A DNA stretch of 64,000 nt, from NCBI GenBank assembly GCA_039934515.1, contig JBDTLZ010000122.1, forward strand, positions 1,874 to 65,873, read 5' to 3'. Shown in pieces: positions 39,447 through 50,036 of the stretch (positions are counted from its first letter, which is position 1; each line of letters begins with the position of its first letter). Under the pieces are notes generated by a model, which searched no databases, was not told where the DNA came from, and worked only from the letters and a program-made list of their open reading frames with translations. The position numbers were made by a program, and so were the translations under genes. This DNA is from Ginsengibacter sp. (GTDB lineage: Bacteria > Bacteroidota > Bacteroidia > Chitinophagales > Chitinophagaceae).

Positions 39447-40499
39447 TTAGCCAGCCACCTTTTCATTTATAAGCCGTTCGAGTATATGCTCAAGCTCCTT
39501 AATCCTTTTTTCAAGATCAGGAAGGTTGCGGCTTAATATCTGGCTGCGTAAAGCATGTGCATAATCGAAAGCCGGGGAGCCGGTAACGGCAGTATTTGGA
39601 ATTTTTATGGATTTGCTTACACCGCTTTGAGCGTTGATTTTACTGCCATCTGCTATATGTAAGTGCCCGACAATACCTGCCTGGCCGCCTATCATCACAT
39701 TGTTGCCAATTTTTGTGCTACCGCTTATTCCCGCCTGCGCTGCAATAACAGTGTTATTACCAACCTCAACATTGTGTGCAATTTGAATAAGGTTATCCAG
39801 CTTTGCGCCGGATTTTATAAGCGTGGAGCCTATAGTCGCACGATCAATGGTGGCATTGGCACCTATTTCAACATTATCTTCTACGACAACATTGCCAATT
39901 TGAGGTACCTTTTTAAAACTGCCGTCCTGTTGGGGTGCAAATCCAAATCCGTCGCTCCCAATAATAGAACCGGCATGTATCGTCACGTTTTTTCCAATGG
40001 TACAATCATGGTGAATTTTTACGCCGGGAAATAAAATAGTACCATCATCAACACATGCATTATTTCCAATGTATACCTGCGGATAGAGCTTTACATTATT
40101 TCCAATCCGCACATTGTCTCCGATATAAGTGAAAGCTCCAACAAATACATTTTCGCCCATCCTGGCTGTAGCAGAAATGTAAACAGGTTGCTGGATGCCT
40201 GTAAGATTTGCCGTTGCCATTTTATCGTGAGCACTTAAAATAATTGCGAAAGCAGAATAAGCATCAGGCACCCGTATAAGGGTTGCACTCACTTCTTTAT
40301 CTACCTGTTGCGTTGTATTAATTATTATTACAGATGCTTTGGTTGAGTATAAAAATTCTTCATACTTGGGGTTTGCAAGAAATGCGAGCTGGCCTGCCTG
40401 TGCTTCTTCAAGTTTTCCAAAAGAAGAAACAATAACATCGGGATCGCCTTCAATTTTCCCGTTTATCAGGGAAGATATTTGTGTCGCGGTAAACTCCAT
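39447..40499 (-). CDS. lpxD: UDP-3-O-acylglucosamine N-acyltransferase
   Basis: FLANPKY, GSDGFGF, KLDNLIQIAHNV, hexapeptide repeats. Confidence 0.96.
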   Translation of the reverse strand: MEFTATQISSLINGKIEGDPDVIVSSFGKLEEAQAGQLAFLANPKYEEFLYSTKASVIIINTTQQVDKEVSATLIRVPDAYSAFAIILSAHDKMATANLTGIQQPVYISATARMGENVFVGAFTYIGDNVRIGNNVKLYPQVYIGNNACVDDGTILFPGVKIHHDCTIGKNVTIHAGSIIGSDGFGFAPQQDGSFKKVPQIGNVVVEDNVEIGANATIDRATIGSTLIKSGAKLDNLIQIAHNVEVGNNTVIAAQAGISGSTKIGNNVMIGGQAGIVGHLHIADGSKINAQSGVSKSIKIPNTAVTGSPAFDYAHALRSQILSRNLPDLEKRIKELEHILERLINEKVAG

Positions 40500-40558
40500 T
40501 TTTATCTTTATCTATCTATATTGATGATCCGTATAGATAAAAGTTAAATAATAAGTTG

Positions 40559-41758
40559 TTACATTTTCAGAAAACAAAAGTAAAATTTTTTTACCGTGCC
40601 AAATAATGTTTGATTTATTAGGGCATTATCAACCTCGGAAATGTCTCTAATTTGACCATCCTTAAAAAGAATATTGATGTGTTCGTCGGCTGTGCTGTAT
40701 GTTTTATTACCTGTTTCACCTGTAAAAACAAGGTAATTGGCTTCTTCATCACTTATACCCAGGTAATTTATTACTTCTATCTTCTTTTCTATAACAATAT
40801 TTTCGGAAATTGGTTTTGCCAAATATTTAACTTTCAGAAGCCTCCGGTTTATTATTCCCTGGCAAAGTATTGATAAAACCTTATCGGGATGAGTTGTCCA
40901 GAGCTTTATGGCCGCCAGCACATCATAATCATCAAGCCTGCAAAAATCATCCGGGCGCTCTTCGATTCCTTCTAACTTGTACTCAGTATGAAGGAAAATA
41001 TTCAGCTCGCGTGACGAAGCCTGCGCCCGCACGACCCTTGCTCTCTTGAGGATGTTGATGAGCATTTTCTCAGCGCATAAAACCGTTTTATGTAAATAAA
41101 CCTGCCAGTACATGAGCCGCCTTGACACTAAGAATTTTTCAATTGAATAAATTCCTTTTTCCTCTACCATTAATTGACCATCGTGTACCGTAAGCATTTT
41201 AATAATGCGGTCATAACCAATAACACCTTCACTTACCCCTGTAAAAAAGCTATCCCGTATTAAATAATCCATGCGGTCGACATCCAATTGACCGCTCACC
41301 AACTGGTGAAGAAATTTTTTAGGATGGCTGTCTGTAAAAATGTCAATAGCCATCTGCATTTTCCCCGTAAACTCTTCATTCATCTTCCTCATTAACAACA
41401 GTGATATTTCCTCATGGCTTATATCTTTTGTTAAAGTGTTCTCGAGCGCATGTGAATAAGGGCCATGACCAATATCATGCAGCAGGACGGCTATTTTTGC
41501 TGCCTGGTCTTCTTCTTTTGTTATAGAAAAGCCTTTTCCTTTTAACTCACTCATGGCATTGCACATCAAATGATAGGCGCCTAAAGAATGATGCAATCTT
41601 GTATGAACGGCCCCGGGATATACAAGCTGGGCCATTGCCATCTGGTGAATGCGCCGCATACGCTGGTAATAGGGATGCGAAATGATGGTATAGATCAGCT
41701 CGTCGTCGACAGTTATAAAACCATAGACAGGATCATTGATTATTTTTCTGAATGCCAT
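40559..41758 (-). CDS. HD-domain phosphohydrolase (dNTPase-like)
   Basis: NDPVYG, VYPGAVHTRLHHSLG, LLHDIGHGPYSH, LDVDRMDYL, MYWQVYLHK. Confidence 0.9.
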   Translation of the reverse strand: MAFRKIINDPVYGFITVDDELIYTIISHPYYQRMRRIHQMAMAQLVYPGAVHTRLHHSLGAYHLMCNAMSELKGKGFSITKEEDQAAKIAVLLHDIGHGPYSHALENTLTKDISHEEISLLLMRKMNEEFTGKMQMAIDIFTDSHPKKFLHQLVSGQLDVDRMDYLIRDSFFTGVSEGVIGYDRIIKMLTVHDGQLMVEEKGIYSIEKFLVSRRLMYWQVYLHKTVLCAEKMLINILKRARVVRAQASSRELNIFLHTEYKLEGIEERPDDFCRLDDYDVLAAIKLWTTHPDKVLSILCQGIINRRLLKVKYLAKPISENIVIEKKIEVINYLGISDEEANYLVFTGETGNKTYSTADEHINILFKDGQIRDISEVDNALINQTLFGTVKKFYFCFLKM

Positions 41759-41921
41759 TTATTGCAAAATTGTTAAAATGCCTGTGTGCCGTGGCAAAGG
41801 TAATTTTTGGAAGGGGAATAAATTACATTTGTACGAATACGGTTTCAAACGGCTATGGATGCTTTTTGGGAGCATGTTGTCAATTTTGATAAATACAATT
41901 GAGATTAACTAAAAAGTACAA

Positions 41922-43484
41922 ATGAACGCAGCAAAAATTTTATGGGTTGACGATGAAATGGAGAGCCTTAAATCGCAAATCATGTTTTTAGAGAATAAGG
42001 GATATGAAGTGAAGTCGCTAAGCAATGGCTTCGATGCAATTGACTATGTAAAAGAGCACGAGGTAGATGTAGTTTTGCTCGACGAAAGTATGCCGGGTAT
42101 TACGGGGCTGGAAACCCTACAAAAGATCAAGGAGATAAATACACAGATCCCCATCGTTCTTATCACAAAAAATGAAACCGAAAATTTAATGGATGAGGCG
42201 ATTGGCTCACAAATAACTGATTATTTAATAAAGCCCGTGAACCCTAACCAGGTTTGGCTTTCATTAAAAAAAATAATCGACAACAGGAGGTTGGTGGCCG
42301 AAAAAACAACTTCTGCTTACCAGCAGCAATTCAGGGATTTATTTATGTCGCTTAACAACAATCCCGATTATAATGAGTGGATGGAGATTTATAAAAAGCT
42401 GGTATACTGGGAACTTGAGATGAAAAAGAGCGATAGCCCGGAAATGCTGGAAGTTTTTGAATCTCAAAAAAATGAGGCCAATACAGAGTTCTTTAAATTT
42501 ATTTCAAAGAACTATTCCAACTGGGTTACCAATCCTGCTGCACAGGCACCTATCATGAGCCATAACCTCATGAAGTTCAAAGTTTTTCCCCATGTTGAGA
42601 AGGGTACGCCCACATTTTTTGTATTGATCGATAATCTCAGGTTTGACCAATGGAAAGCAATTCAACCGATATTTTCAGAGAACTTCCGCATCAATGAAGA
42701 AGAGACCTTTTATTCTATTTTACCAACGGCAACACAATATAGCCGGAATGCGATTTTTGCAGGGTTGCTGCCCATAGATATCGAAAAGCAGTTTGCAGCC
42801 GAGTGGAAAAATGACGATGAAGAGGGTGGTAAAAACTTATTTGAGCAGGAATTTTTTAAGGCCCAGCTAAAAAGGCTCCGTAAAGAAGATCTTAAATATT
42901 CTTATACAAAAATAACCAATCACCAGGATGCTCAAAAGCTTGTGGACACCATGCACAACCTGCTGAGCAATGATATAAATATTATTGTTTACAATTTTGT
43001 TGACATGCTTAGCCATGCGCGTACAGAAATGGAGGTGCTTAAAGAACTGGCAGCGGATGAAGTTAGTTACAGGAGCCTTACTGCTTCATGGTTTGAACAC
43101 TCGCCGCTTCACCAGGCATTAAAGAAGATTGCAGATAAAAAATTAAACCTTATTGTTGCAACCGACCATGGTAGTGTACGGGTAAATACGCCCCACAAAG
43201 TAGTTGGCGATAAACAAACAACTGCCAACCTGCGTTACAAGCATGGCCGTAATCTCAATTACGATCCAAAGGAAGTATTGGCATTTCGCGATCCGCGACA
43301 GGCCGGTTTGCCGGTACCCAATATCAATTCGTCATTTATTTTTGCCAGGCAGGATGGATATTTATGTTACCCGAATAATTACAATCATTTTGCAAATTAT
43401 TACCGAAATACCTTTCAGCATGGCGGCATAAGTCTTGAAGAAATGATTATACCTGTTATACGGATGTCGAGCAAAGTGACCTGA
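41922..43484 (+). CDS. porX: PorX response regulator (receiver plus PglZ/alkaline-phosphatase domain)
   Basis: ILWVDDE receiver, LIDNLRFDQW, SILPTATQYSRNAIF, ATDHG, FQHGGISLEEM. Confidence 0.93.
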   Translation: MNAAKILWVDDEMESLKSQIMFLENKGYEVKSLSNGFDAIDYVKEHEVDVVLLDESMPGITGLETLQKIKEINTQIPIVLITKNETENLMDEAIGSQITDYLIKPVNPNQVWLSLKKIIDNRRLVAEKTTSAYQQQFRDLFMSLNNNPDYNEWMEIYKKLVYWELEMKKSDSPEMLEVFESQKNEANTEFFKFISKNYSNWVTNPAAQAPIMSHNLMKFKVFPHVEKGTPTFFVLIDNLRFDQWKAIQPIFSENFRINEEETFYSILPTATQYSRNAIFAGLLPIDIEKQFAAEWKNDDEEGGKNLFEQEFFKAQLKRLRKEDLKYSYTKITNHQDAQKLVDTMHNLLSNDINIIVYNFVDMLSHARTEMEVLKELAADEVSYRSLTASWFEHSPLHQALKKIADKKLNLIVATDHGSVRVNTPHKVVGDKQTTANLRYKHGRNLNYDPKEVLAFRDPRQAGLPVPNINSSFIFARQDGYLCYPNNYNHFANYYRNTFQHGGISLEEMIIPVIRMSSKVT

Positions 43485-43660
43485 TAATGACTTGACGTAA
43501 TTAAGCAACAGGTAAAAATAGTCAAAAGCACATTGGAACCATTTAATGCCTGTGAATACAAATCCTTCTCCTGCATGCCGGTTTCCTGCGTCAGAAATCC
43601 CGTTTAATTCATGTAAATTTGTTGGTAATTACAATGTAAACCCCCTTTGGATTATTAGCA

Positions 43661-43936
43661 ATGAAGTACAACCTTGGTACCTTAAAAAAATTGGAAAACA
43701 TTCTCGATGAGTCGGGGTATATAGTTCGTTATGAACGGGGATCCTTTCAAAGCGGTTATTGTATTCTTGAGGAAAAGAAGGTAGTTGTTCTCAATAAATT
43801 TTTAAACCCTGAAGGCAGGATCAATACTTTGATGGATCTTATTCCATCCCTGCAGGTAAACTATGATTTGCTTACACATGATTCCCAAAAAATGTACGAT
43901 GATGTGATTCATCAAAATGAAACATCGGAGAAATAA
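43661..43936 (+). CDS. Conserved-looking hypothetical protein
   Basis: 91-aa ATG ORF (GYIVRYERGSFQSGYC...VVLNKFL), co-oriented with its neighbours. Confidence 0.75.
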   Translation: MKYNLGTLKKLENILDESGYIVRYERGSFQSGYCILEEKKVVVLNKFLNPEGRINTLMDLIPSLQVNYDLLTHDSQKMYDDVIHQNETSEK

Positions 43937-43982
43937 GTTAACTTCTTCTGTAGATTCTGTTTATATTTTTTAGCTTTGATAA

Positions 43983-44759
43983 GTGAGTTATCCCCATCTA
44001 AAAATTACATTTCTAGGAACCGGAACAAGCGGGGGGGTGCCAATGATAGCCTGTCCCTGCTATGTGTGCGCCTCTAAGAATGAAAAAGACAAGCGGCTCC
44101 GAAGCAGTATATTGGTCCAAAGCAGCACAACCACACTTGTTGTGGATACTACGCCCGATTTTCGCACGCAAATGCTAAGGGAAAATATAAGAAAACTTGA
44201 TGCGGTAATTTTTACCCATCCCCATAAAGATCACATCGCCGGTCTTGATGATGTCAAAGCTTTTAATTTTTTTCAGAAAAAGGTCATGAATGTATATGCC
44301 AACCTGCTTACACAGGAAACTTTAAAAAGAGAGTTTTATTATGCTTTTGCCGATAAGAAATATCCGGGCATTCCGGATATACACCTCCATACCATTACCA
44401 ATGCAACTTTCATGGTAGGCGATATCCCTGTAACGCCTATCCTCGTTTACCATTTGCAAATGCCTGTACTTGGTTTCCGTTTTGGGAGCTTCATCTATAT
44501 AACAGACGCCAACAGGATCGAAGAGCGTGAAAAGGAAAAACTTAAAGGAAGCGATACCATTGTTTTAAATGCACTTCGCAAAAGTGAGCACATCTCTCAT
44601 TTCAGTCTGCAGGAAGCAGTTGATCTTGTAGACGAAATGAAAATCCCTAACGCTTACTTTACTCATATAAGCCATCAGCTGGGAACTCATGAAGAAATAA
44701 ATAGTGAACTTCCTGTCAACAGGCAATTGGCATGGGATGGCCTAAAGCTTGAGTTCTGA
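43983..44759 (+). CDS. Metallo-beta-lactamase-fold hydrolase (PhnP/YycJ-like)
   Basis: FLGTGTSGGVP, CPCYVC, THPHKDHIAGLDD, THISH. Confidence 0.92.
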   Translation: MSYPHLKITFLGTGTSGGVPMIACPCYVCASKNEKDKRLRSSILVQSSTTTLVVDTTPDFRTQMLRENIRKLDAVIFTHPHKDHIAGLDDVKAFNFFQKKVMNVYANLLTQETLKREFYYAFADKKYPGIPDIHLHTITNATFMVGDIPVTPILVYHLQMPVLGFRFGSFIYITDANRIEEREKEKLKGSDTIVLNALRKSEHISHFSLQEAVDLVDEMKIPNAYFTHISHQLGTHEEINSELPVNRQLAWDGLKLEF

Positions 44760-44827
44760 AAGTTATTAAGCTGTTTGCCATAGTTTGTTTAACCGGCTTA
44801 TTTGTGTACTTTACCAGAAACGTGGCG

Positions 44828-45781
44828 ATGTGGAAACATTTTCTAAAGGAGTATTTTATTTTTACCCGTAAAGAAAGGACCGGTATCATCAGTATTGTTT
44901 TCATCATTGTTTTTCTAATGGTGATTTCTTATGCCTTTCCTTTTTTTATAAAGCCTAAGGAATATACCCATCAACAGTTTGAATCTGAAATCGCCCGCCT
45001 GAATATTGCGGCGAACGATTCTGCAAAAGCCAGGAATTATTCCAAAAGCTTTGATAATAAATTTTATGATCATGCCGCGGAAGATGAAAAAAAATATGAG
45101 CCCCGGAAAACGGAGGTTTTTTATTTTGACCCAAACACTGCTTCCCCTGAAGATTGGAAACGACTGGGAGTGAGAGACAAGACGATAGCAACGATACATA
45201 ATTATATTTCAAAGGGTGGCAAATTCAAAAGCCCTTCAGATATTACCAGGATCTGGGGCTTGTCTCCATCAGACCAACAGCGGTTAGTCCCTTACGTTAG
45301 TATAAAAAGTAGAACCCGTGAGCAGGTAGCACCAGAAAAAAAAGAATATCCAAAAGCCTCCCTGTCTTCCTACAAGCGCAATGAACCGATCGATATCAAT
45401 CTTGCCGATACCTCAGCATATATCGGCCTGCCGGGAATTGGAAGCAAACTGGCCCTGAGGATCGTCGCATTTCGCGATAAGCTTGGTGGTTTTTATTCCG
45501 TGAACCAGGTGGGGGAAACATACCTGCTTCCGGACTCAACTTTTCAAATAATAAAACCCCGGTTATTTCTCGCGTCAACGGCCGTACGACAAATAAATAT
45601 TAACCTGGCTTCGGTAGATGAAATGAAAACACATCCCTACCTGAGGTATACACTTGCCAATGCAATATTTCAATACAGGCAGCAGCATGGAAATTTTCAA
45701 ACTGTTGCAGATCTAAAAAAGATCATGCTGGTAACCGCGGAAGTGTATGATAAGATAGCTCCGTATCTTTCAGCTCAATGA
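44828..45781 (+). CDS. ComEA-like helix-hairpin-helix membrane protein
   Basis: N-terminal TM helix and repeated HhH motifs (FDPNTAS, IDINLAD...LPGIG, ININLAS). Confidence 0.85.
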   Translation: MWKHFLKEYFIFTRKERTGIISIVFIIVFLMVISYAFPFFIKPKEYTHQQFESEIARLNIAANDSAKARNYSKSFDNKFYDHAAEDEKKYEPRKTEVFYFDPNTASPEDWKRLGVRDKTIATIHNYISKGGKFKSPSDITRIWGLSPSDQQRLVPYVSIKSRTREQVAPEKKEYPKASLSSYKRNEPIDINLADTSAYIGLPGIGSKLALRIVAFRDKLGGFYSVNQVGETYLLPDSTFQIIKPRLFLASTAVRQININLASVDEMKTHPYLRYTLANAIFQYRQQHGNFQTVADLKKIMLVTAEVYDKIAPYLSAQ

Positions 45782-45882
45782 TATTTGCAAAATAGTACTA
45801 TGGGTGCAACGTTTATTACAAAACTAACGACTGTTAGTATCTACATATTTAGGATTATATTGCAAGCCTTTAAATACAAAAT

Positions 45883-47022
45883 ATGGATTTTAATTACAGC
45901 GAGCTTACCAGCCAGGTAGCCCAAACCGCAAGAGACTTCGCCAGGCAACATATCAAGCCGCATCTTATGGAGTGGGATGAAACACAGGAGTTCCCGGTTC
46001 ACATATTTAAAGAATTGGGAAAGTTGGGTATGATGGGCGTACTCGTGCCTGAGGAATATGGAGGTACAGGATTGGGATACCATGAATACAACGTTATCAT
46101 CCAGGAAATTGCCAGGGTTTGCGGATCAATATGGTTGTCTGTTGCTGCCCACAATTCATTGTGCACAGGCCATATACTCAGCTTCGCCAATGAAAACCAG
46201 AAAAGAGAATATTTGCCAAAGCTGGCTACTGCAGAATACATTGGCGCATGGGGATTAACAGAACCTAACACGGGAAGTGATGCAGGAAATATGAAATGTG
46301 TCGCAGAAAAAGACGGTGATGAATGGATCATAAATGGCACAAAAAGCTGGATTACGCATGGGAAAAGCAGTGACGTGGCTGTAGTTATTTGCAGGACCGG
46401 TGAACCCAGGAAAAAGGATAATTCAACTTCGTTCATAGTACCCCGTAACACACCAGGTTTTGCCGCGGGAAAAAAAGAAAACAAGCTCGGTATGCGCGCA
46501 AGTGAAACTACCGAAATGATTTTTGATAACTGTCGCATTCCCGCTTCCGCAATGATGGGAAATGTAGGCGATGGTTTTAAACAGGCGATGAAAGTACTTG
46601 ATGGCGGGCGTATTTCAATTGCAGCCCTCGGACTTGGAATCGCCAAAGGAGCTTATGACGCCTCACTCCAATACTCCAAGGAGAGGCATCAGTTTGACCA
46701 GCCTATTGCAAATTTCCAGGCAATATCGTTTAAACTGGCAGATATGGCTACTGAGATAATGGCAGTAGAATTATTGATAAGCCAGGCATGTGAACTTAAA
46801 ATGCTTGGCGAAAACGTCACGAAAGAAGCCGCTATGGCAAAATATTATTCAAGTGAAATAGCCGTAAAGATCTCTGCAGACGCTGTGCAAATATTTGGAG
46901 GATATGGATACACTAAAGATTTTCCTGTTGAAAAATTTTATCGCGACAGTAAGCTATGCACTATCGGCGAAGGAACCAGCGAAGTTCAAAAAATGGTTAT
47001 TGCCAGGGAAATATTGCGATAA
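45883..47022 (+). CDS. Acyl-CoA dehydrogenase
   Basis: LTEPNTGSDA, NGTKSWIT, KLGMRASET, GRISIAA, QIFGGYGY, TIGEGTSE. Confidence 0.95.
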   Translation: MDFNYSELTSQVAQTARDFARQHIKPHLMEWDETQEFPVHIFKELGKLGMMGVLVPEEYGGTGLGYHEYNVIIQEIARVCGSIWLSVAAHNSLCTGHILSFANENQKREYLPKLATAEYIGAWGLTEPNTGSDAGNMKCVAEKDGDEWIINGTKSWITHGKSSDVAVVICRTGEPRKKDNSTSFIVPRNTPGFAAGKKENKLGMRASETTEMIFDNCRIPASAMMGNVGDGFKQAMKVLDGGRISIAALGLGIAKGAYDASLQYSKERHQFDQPIANFQAISFKLADMATEIMAVELLISQACELKMLGENVTKEAAMAKYYSSEIAVKISADAVQIFGGYGYTKDFPVEKFYRDSKLCTIGEGTSEVQKMVIAREILR

Positions 47023-47154
47023 ATTTCAATCACTCCTGCATTGCGGTAATTGCCTGCAAGGTTCAATTTTTGTAGCATGGGGAATCATAAAAGGAACGCA
47101 GACACCAGAATTTTACGGAAGGATAAATTAGTCAATTATGAGGTTGCTGATCAT

Positions 47155-47180
47155 AAAAAAACCGGCAATAGAAGCCGGTT
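47155..47180 (-). terminator. Intrinsic terminator
   Basis: AACCGGC/GCCGGTT stem with a U-tract on the minus strand, just after the 47203 stop. Confidence 0.7.
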
Positions 47181-47202
47181 ACTCATTAGAATGAGGTATT
47201 GG

Positions 47203-47520
47203 TTACGCTTTTTTGTCTTCTCCAAACAAACCACCTAGTTTATCCTTTGCAAAGCCTTCAATTTTCTCACCAGCCGAGCCTGGAATAAAATCTGAAATTT
47301 TATCTAAAAAGCTTCCGCCATCCTGAACAGGTTCCGTCGCTGCTGCTGCCGTTGCCGCTGTACTTGCTGCAGGTGTACCGGTAGGAAAAAAGTTATCTAA
47401 AGCGCCACCCACCATCGGAAATTTTTCTTTAATGAATGTAGTAATGGTATTTAATATGCCATGAGATTGATCAGCACTTAATCCATGAATACTTTGTAAT
47501 TTCTGAATTAACTCCTCCAT
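47203..47520 (-). CDS. Hypothetical small protein
   Basis: 105 aa with a helical N-terminus, an Ala/Thr linker and its own terminator. Confidence 0.75.
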   Translation of the reverse strand: MEELIQKLQSIHGLSADQSHGILNTITTFIKEKFPMVGGALDNFFPTGTPAASTAATAAAATEPVQDGGSFLDKISDFIPGSAGEKIEGFAKDKLGGLFGEDKKA

Positions 47521-47691
47521 GATTGATCTTTTTAAAAGTTATGAAATATTTTCAGTCACAAAATAGGATTTTTATGATGAAAGAATCCTGAGTTATCAAC
47601 AATTACTTTTTAATTACAAATTAAAAGTGCGGGGAAGTTGCACTATTATTAATTTTGATTTTGTTATTCACTTTGAAGATTAATTTTTTAT

Positions 47692-48645
47692 ATGAAATCA
47701 AAATATTCCTGTTTTCTTAATCCGGTTATTTGCATGTTTTGTTTTCTCGCAATTTGCTGCAAGAGTTTCGCACAGGATCAAACGGTGAAAGATCTGCAGG
47801 CCGGTGCCAGTAAAGAAATAAAAAAAGAAAAGATTGATAGTGGTAAAGCCTGGAAAACCGGGGGACTTTTTAACTTTAATCTTGGGCAGGGAAGCCAAAG
47901 TAACTGGAGCGCAGGGGGTGATGATTTTTCGCTGTCTATCAATACTTATTTGGGATTTTACGGATTTTACAAGAAGGACAAATATAGCTGGGACAATACG
48001 TTCGATCTCAATTTCGGCTATACAAATACGACCAGCCTTGGTAGCAGGAAAAATGACGACCGTATTGACCTCTTATCAAAAGTGGGTTATTCGTTACGGC
48101 CAAAATTGAACCTGGCGGGACTTTTTAATTTCCGTACACAGTTTGCAAAAGGATACAATTACACCAGCGCCAACTCAAGGGAACTTTTATCAAATTTTCT
48201 TTCCCCCGGATATATTTTATTGAGCGTTGGGCTGGATTTTAAACCGGCAGAAGGCTTATCAATATTTGTATCGCCTATCACTTCACGGTGGACAATCGTA
48301 CAAAATGATACCTTGTCTGCAAAAGGCGCCTATGGGGTAGATCCGGGCAAAAAGATTAAAAATGAAATCGGCGCTTTTGTAAGCGTGAATTATTTAAAAA
48401 ATCTAAGTCCATCCATAACTTATAAGGGAAGACTCGACCTTTTCTCCAATTATGGGCACAATCCCCAAAATATAGATGTGTTAATGAACAATATGTTTAC
48501 TGCAAAGCTTTCTAAAGTGCTCACTGCAAGCCTGGGGCTCGACCTTATTTATGATGATGATGTAAAACTATTTGGAAAGAACCATAGTTCCCCGGGATTA
48601 CAATTAAAATCATTAATAGGTGTTGGGTTGAGTGTTAAATTATAA
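47692..48645 (+). CDS. Outer-membrane beta-barrel protein (DUF3078-like)
   Basis: Signal peptide, NWSAGG, RKNDDRID, FRTQFAKGY, LIYDDD and a terminal beta strand. Confidence 0.8.
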   Translation: MKSKYSCFLNPVICMFCFLAICCKSFAQDQTVKDLQAGASKEIKKEKIDSGKAWKTGGLFNFNLGQGSQSNWSAGGDDFSLSINTYLGFYGFYKKDKYSWDNTFDLNFGYTNTTSLGSRKNDDRIDLLSKVGYSLRPKLNLAGLFNFRTQFAKGYNYTSANSRELLSNFLSPGYILLSVGLDFKPAEGLSIFVSPITSRWTIVQNDTLSAKGAYGVDPGKKIKNEIGAFVSVNYLKNLSPSITYKGRLDLFSNYGHNPQNIDVLMNNMFTAKLSKVLTASLGLDLIYDDDVKLFGKNHSSPGLQLKSLIGVGLSVKL

Positions 48646-48707
48646 CATCAATAACTGTATAAATATTTTTTTGATCTTTTAACAGATTAATACGAACAAG
48701 GTGTTTT

Positions 48708-49880
48708 TTACAAATTTTCAATAATACCGGCGATGCCTTGCCCGCCTCCAACACAGGCAGTCACGATCCCATATTTTTTATTGAGCCTTTTCATGTCATG
48801 AATGATTTGAATCGTAAGTTTAGCACCGGTACAACCAAGTGGATGACCTAAAGCGATGGCACCCCCATTAATATTTACTTTTGAAGGATCCATTTCAAGC
48901 AACTTAATAACAGCAAGGGCCTGCGAAGCGAATGCTTCATTAAGTTCGATTAAGTCAATCTGGGGTAAATTCATGCCTGCCTGTTTTAAAGCCCTGGGAA
49001 CTGCTTCAACAGGGCCTATGCCCATAATACGCGGATGTACTCCCGCGCTGGCGCAAGCCACCAGCCGTGCTATAGGGTTTAATTGTAATTCATTCATCAT
49101 TTTTTCACTCATTATAATTACAAAGGCAGCGCCGTCGCTTGTTTGTGAAGAATTCCCTGCTGTAACCGTGCCACCCATCGCAAATGCGGGCTTTAATTTT
49201 GCAAGAGCCTCGAGCGAGGTGTCGGCCCGTACGCCTTCATCGGTATCAACTATAAAACTGCGTTTCTGTTTTTTCTCATTTTCATCCACATAGATTTCTT
49301 CCACCGGCATAGGAAGTATGCCCGATTTGAAATAGCCGTTACTGATTGCATTAAGTGCTTTCCGGTGCGAATAAAGACTAAACTCATCCTGCTGTTGACG
49401 GGTAACGTTAAATTCTTTTGACACGGCTTCCGCGGTAAGCCCCATACCGAGATAATAATCCGGGGTTTCTGATGCAACTGAATAAGCAGGCACCGTTTTC
49501 CAGCCGGATGTAGGAACCATGGTCATGCTTTCCGTACCGCCCGCGATAATGCAGTCGGCCATGCCACTTCTTATTTTAGCGGTGGCAATAGCAATTGTTT
49601 CAAGGCCACTGGCGCAATACCTGTTTACAGTCATGCCGGGCACGGAAATTCCAAGCGCCCTCACGCTGATCATCCTGCCAACCTGCAACCCTTGCTCAGC
49701 CTCAGGAACTGCATTGCCTACAATAAGGTCATCCACTCGTTTACTATCAAGCTCAGGCACACTTGCCAAAAGCCCTTTTATTACGTCAACTGCCAGGTCA
49801 TCGGGACGGTAAAACCTGAAACCGCCACGTTTTGATTTGGTCACCGCAGTTCTTAAGCCTGCCATTATATATGCTTCCAT
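48708..49880 (-). CDS. Acetyl-CoA C-acyltransferase (thiolase)
   Basis: NRYCASG, NEAFA, GHPLGCTG, CVGGGQG. Confidence 0.95.
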   Translation of the reverse strand: MEAYIMAGLRTAVTKSKRGGFRFYRPDDLAVDVIKGLLASVPELDSKRVDDLIVGNAVPEAEQGLQVGRMISVRALGISVPGMTVNRYCASGLETIAIATAKIRSGMADCIIAGGTESMTMVPTSGWKTVPAYSVASETPDYYLGMGLTAEAVSKEFNVTRQQQDEFSLYSHRKALNAISNGYFKSGILPMPVEEIYVDENEKKQKRSFIVDTDEGVRADTSLEALAKLKPAFAMGGTVTAGNSSQTSDGAAFVIIMSEKMMNELQLNPIARLVACASAGVHPRIMGIGPVEAVPRALKQAGMNLPQIDLIELNEAFASQALAVIKLLEMDPSKVNINGGAIALGHPLGCTGAKLTIQIIHDMKRLNKKYGIVTACVGGGQGIAGIIENL

Positions 49881-50036
49881 AAAAATTAATATTTATTGAT
49901 AAAAATGGACCGGGCAAATTACTCATAATCTTTCAAAAGGAAAGTTTAAAATGCATTTATCACGACCATGCAAATGTTGACAACCCCATAGCTAAAGATC
50001 AATACAATCATTCGAAAAAAAGGCCAGCCGGCTACA

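Noticed and set aside
41922-43484. PglZ domain suggesting a BREX defence system
   Set aside because: It is fused to a receiver domain as in PorX, and no other brx genes are present.
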